This document shows positions 8,005 to 10,352 of a stretch of 10,352 nt of DNA, piece by piece. How positions within the stretch are numbered: the stretch's first letter is position 1; every line of letters starts with the position of its first letter. The stretch spans positions 1 through 10,352 of the forward strand of contig JAYTHP010000184.1 of the NCBI GenBank assembly GCA_043732485.1. Reading direction: 5' to 3'. Below the pieces are notes generated by a model that had not been told where the DNA came from, made no database searches, and worked only from the letters and a program-made list of their open reading frames with translations. Both the position numbers and the translations under genes were made by a program. The DNA comes from Oligoflexia bacterium (GTDB taxonomy: Bacteria; Bdellovibrionota; UBA1018).

Positions 8005-8041
8005 AAGTGCCCAAGGGTTGCAGCTCAGCTGAGCTTGCTGC

Positions 8042-8070
8042 TTGACTTTTTTCGACTAGCGGCTTATTTC
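8042..8070 (+). promoter_or_regulatory. Candidate sigma70-type promoter for ettA
   Basis: TTGACT (8042-8047), 17-nt spacer, TATTTC (8065-8070; lacks the conserved last T). ATG at 8077. Confidence 0.35.
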
Positions 8071-8076
8071 CGTGCA

Positions 8077-9771
8077 ATGGCACAAAAACAACCGCAGAAG
8101 TACGCTTTTTCCATGCAAGGGGTCGGTAAGATTTACCCACCCAATAAAAGTGTTTTAAAAGACATTTACCTCTCCTTCTACTACGGCGCCAAAATTGGCG
8201 TCTTAGGCCTCAACGGCTCAGGGAAATCTACCTTACTGAAGATCATCGCAGGGGTTGAGAAGAATTTTAATGGCGAAGCCAGGCCTGACGAAGGCATCAC
8301 GGTCGGTTACCTACCGCAAGAACCCCACTTGAATTCTGAGCAAACCGTGCGAGAAAACGTACAAAGCGGCTTAGGCCCTATTGTCGGCTGGCTCAAGCGC
8401 TATCATGAAGTCAACGAGCTGTTTGCCGATCCGTCTTTGGATCCTGAGCGGATGGATCAACTTTTAAGTGAGCAAGCAGACATTCAAGAGAAAATTGAGC
8501 ATGGGCAGGGTTGGGACTTGGACCGTACTTTGGACATCGCCATGGATGCCTTGCGGCTGCCTGCGGCTGAAGGGCAGGTCAGCCACTTGTCAGGCGGAGA
8601 AAAGCGCCGGGTGGCGCTGTGTCGCTTGCTGCTGCAAAAACCCGATATTTTGCTGCTCGATGAGCCGACCAATCACTTGGACGCAGAATCGGTGAGTTGG
8701 CTTGAGCAATTTTTGAAGTCCTATGCTGGTACCGTGATTGCCGTGACCCACGATCGTTATTTCTTAGATAACATTGCAGGATGGATTTTAGAGCTCGATC
8801 GCGGGCACGGGATCCCCTGGGAAGGCAATTACTCTTCCTGGTTGGAGCAAAAGCATAAACGGCTCGCTCAGGAAGAAAAGCAGGAAAGCAAACGCCAGAA
8901 GACCCTGGAGCGGGAATTAGAGTGGATTCGTATGAGTCCCAAGGCGCGGCAGGCAAAAAGCAAAGCGCGCGTCAGTGCATACGAGAAGCTATTGTCGCAA
9001 GATCGGCCCGAGGTGGTGGATGAGATGGAGATTTTCATTCCACCGGGTCCACGTCTAGGCCAGTTGGTGTTTGAAGCCCAGGATTTGGCGAAGGCGTTTG
9101 GTGAGAAATTACTCTTTGAGAACGTGTCTTTCACTATTCGCCCAGGCAGCATTGTCGGGTTGATTGGGGGCAACGGCGCAGGGAAAACGACCTTATTTCG
9201 CATGCTCACGCAACAAGAGCAGCCTGATCGCGGCAGTTTGAAGGTGGGGGAAAGTGTGAAGCTGGCTTATGTCGATCAAGCGCGCGATGCCTTGGATCCA
9301 GAAAAGTCAGTCTGGGAAGAGATTTCTGATGGGAAAAACGAAGTGATTATGCTGGGGAACCGCGAGGTGCAGTCGCGGGCCTACTGTGCGCGCTTTAACT
9401 TTACAGGCGGCGATCAGCAGAAGAAAGTCGGGGTGCTCTCAGGCGGCGAGCGCAACCGGGTGCATCTTGCTAAAGTACTGAAGGCAGGCGGCAATGTCTT
9501 GCTACTCGATGAGCCGACCAATGACTTGGATGTCAATACCTTGCGGGCGTTAGAAGAGGCGCTGCTGAATTACGCCGGCTGCGCTTTGGTGATCAGCCAC
9601 GATCGCTGGTTTTTGGATCGCATCTGCACTCACATCATGGCCTTTGAGGGCAACTCGCAAGTCGTGCTGGTGGAAGGCAACTACCAGGACTACGAAGAGG
9701 ATAAGAAAAAGCGCCTGGGTGTCGCAGCCCTCCAGCCGCACCGGGTAAAATTCAAGCCGCTGACCCATTAA
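8077..9771 (+). CDS. ettA: Energy-dependent translational throttle protein EttA (ABC-F ATPase)
   Basis: Two ABC domains (GLNGSGKST / LSGGE / [10 protein letters not shown] and GGNGAGKTT / LSGGE / [10 protein letters not shown]) with no TM segments. EttA-type N-terminus ([18 protein letters not shown]), inter-domain linker [21 protein letters not shown] and C-terminus [12 protein letters not shown] 8077 is preferred over TTG 8035 because recognisable similarity begins just after it. Confidence 0.95.
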   Translation: MAQKQPQKYAFSMQGVGKIYPPNKSVLKDIYLSFYYGAKIGVLGLNGSGKSTLLKIIAGVEKNFNGEARPDEGITVGYLPQEPHLNSEQTVRENVQSGLGPIVGWLKRYHEVNELFADPSLDPERMDQLLSEQADIQEKIEHGQGWDLDRTLDIAMDALRLPAAEGQVSHLSGGEKRRVALCRLLLQKPDILLLDEPTNHLDAESVSWLEQFLKSYAGTVIAVTHDRYFLDNIAGWILELDRGHGIPWEGNYSSWLEQKHKRLAQEEKQESKRQKTLERELEWIRMSPKARQAKSKARVSAYEKLLSQDRPEVVDEMEIFIPPGPRLGQLVFEAQDLAKAFGEKLLFENVSFTIRPGSIVGLIGGNGAGKTTLFRMLTQQEQPDRGSLKVGESVKLAYVDQARDALDPEKSVWEEISDGKNEVIMLGNREVQSRAYCARFNFTGGDQQKKVGVLSGGERNRVHLAKVLKAGGNVLLLDEPTNDLDVNTLRALEEALLNYAGCALVISHDRWFLDRICTHIMAFEGNSQVVLVEGNYQDYEEDKKKRLGVAALQPHRVKFKPLTH

Positions 9772-9941
9772 GAAAAGGTTGGGGGGGGGGCAGCCTCGCT
9801 CGGGTATGTCGTCTGGGGGAGCGAAGAAGGGCTCACGGCTGAGAGCGGGAGTGCTGAGGCCGCGATTGGGCCAGAGAGGCTTGGGCTCTCTGAGGAGTCC
9901 TTGTGGTTTAGAGAAAAATTGAGCAAGGGCGAGCAGAGCGG

Positions 9942-10000
9942 AAAAACACTAGGCGCACAACCGTCTGCGGGTCCCCTCGGTTCGAGTGCCTACTATTTTT
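9942..10000. terminator. Possible bidirectional intrinsic terminator between ettA and the convergent gene
   Basis: Imperfect hairpin: TAGGCGC (9950-9956) pairs with GTGCCTA (9986-9992), and AACCG (9959-9963) with CGGTT (9978-9982). It is flanked by A5 (9942-9946) and T5 (9996-10000). Confidence 0.35.
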
Positions 10001-10054
10001 GCTTGAGCAAGGCGTTAGAGGTACCAACTGGGTTTTTGCTGATGGGCTGAGAAG

Positions 10055-10352
10055 CTAAAACGATTGTGCTGTGGGTAGCAGCACGCACGTCCAATATTTT
10101 GCCCCATAGTTGCTATAGGGGGCGTTACGATCGTTGACTTGTGCTTGCTCGTAGCCAGGAGGGCAGCCGGATCTTACATCAAATCCTTTGCATTGTGTTG
10201 GGTTAGGGAACTGTATCATGAGAGGATCCATGTAGCCTTTTTCATCGGGGGCCCAATACTGGTGACTAAAACCACAGAGGGTTCCAGGCATAGGAGTGTT
10301 GAGTGGGAGACGGTTCTCGCTAGCGCATGTCCAAATCGCATCGCCACTTGAA
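10055..10352 (-). CDS. C-terminal part of a Cys-rich, probably repeat-containing extracellular protein (5' end outside the window)
   Basis: The listed 78-aa ORF frame stays open to the window edge: ...SSGDAIWTCASENRLPLNTPMPGTLCGFSH...TQCKGFDVRSGCPPGYEQ...YGAKYWTCVLLPTAQSF*. It has 5 Cys in 98 aa, and WTC recurs 80 aa apart. Confidence 0.7.
   Translation of the reverse strand, partial: SSGDAIWTCASENRLPLNTPMPGTLCGFSHQYWAPDEKGYMDPLMIQFPNPTQCKGFDVRSGCPPGYEQAQVNDRNAPYSNYGAKYWTCVLLPTAQSF

Noticed and set aside
377..9768. Numerous short antisense or alternate-frame ORFs inside eno, tolC, RND, the CxxC gene and ettA
   Set aside because: Shadow ORFs fully or largely overlapping well-supported genes, with no independent evidence.
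8035..9771. ABC protein as the ATPase of the neighbouring exporter, or as an antibiotic-resistance ABC-F
   Set aside because: The linker and both termini match housekeeping EttA, and RND pumps are proton-driven.
9781..9790. G10 tract as a phase-variation switch
   Set aside because: It lies downstream of the ettA stop, between convergent genes, so it is in neither a CDS nor a promoter.
9975..9995. GGTTCGAGT resembles a tRNA T-loop
   Set aside because: The flanking bases (CTCGG / GCCTA) do not form a T-stem, and there is no cloverleaf or CCA end.
10139..10351. Plus-strand 70-aa ORF
   Set aside because: Antisense to the more protein-like Cys-rich frame.

Overview
Bacterial (diderm) chromosomal window made mostly of recognisable genes. 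On the minus strand is enolase (eno), with an open frame directly downstream that runs off the left edge. A ~620-bp divergent intergenic region follows, containing short repeats. On the plus strand are a TolC-family outer-membrane factor, translationally coupled to an AcrB-type RND permease with no periplasmic adaptor (MFP) gene beside it, then an exported hypothetical protein with a Ser/Pro linker and a CxxC motif, then the ABC-F translation factor EttA. The window ends with the 3' part of a convergent Cys-rich, probably repeat-built protein. I found no tRNA/rRNA, CRISPR array, integrase or transposase. The best candidate for an undescribed system is the adaptor-less TolC-RND pair with its neighbouring CxxC exported protein; this link is inference and needs comparative genomics. 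No database searches were run.
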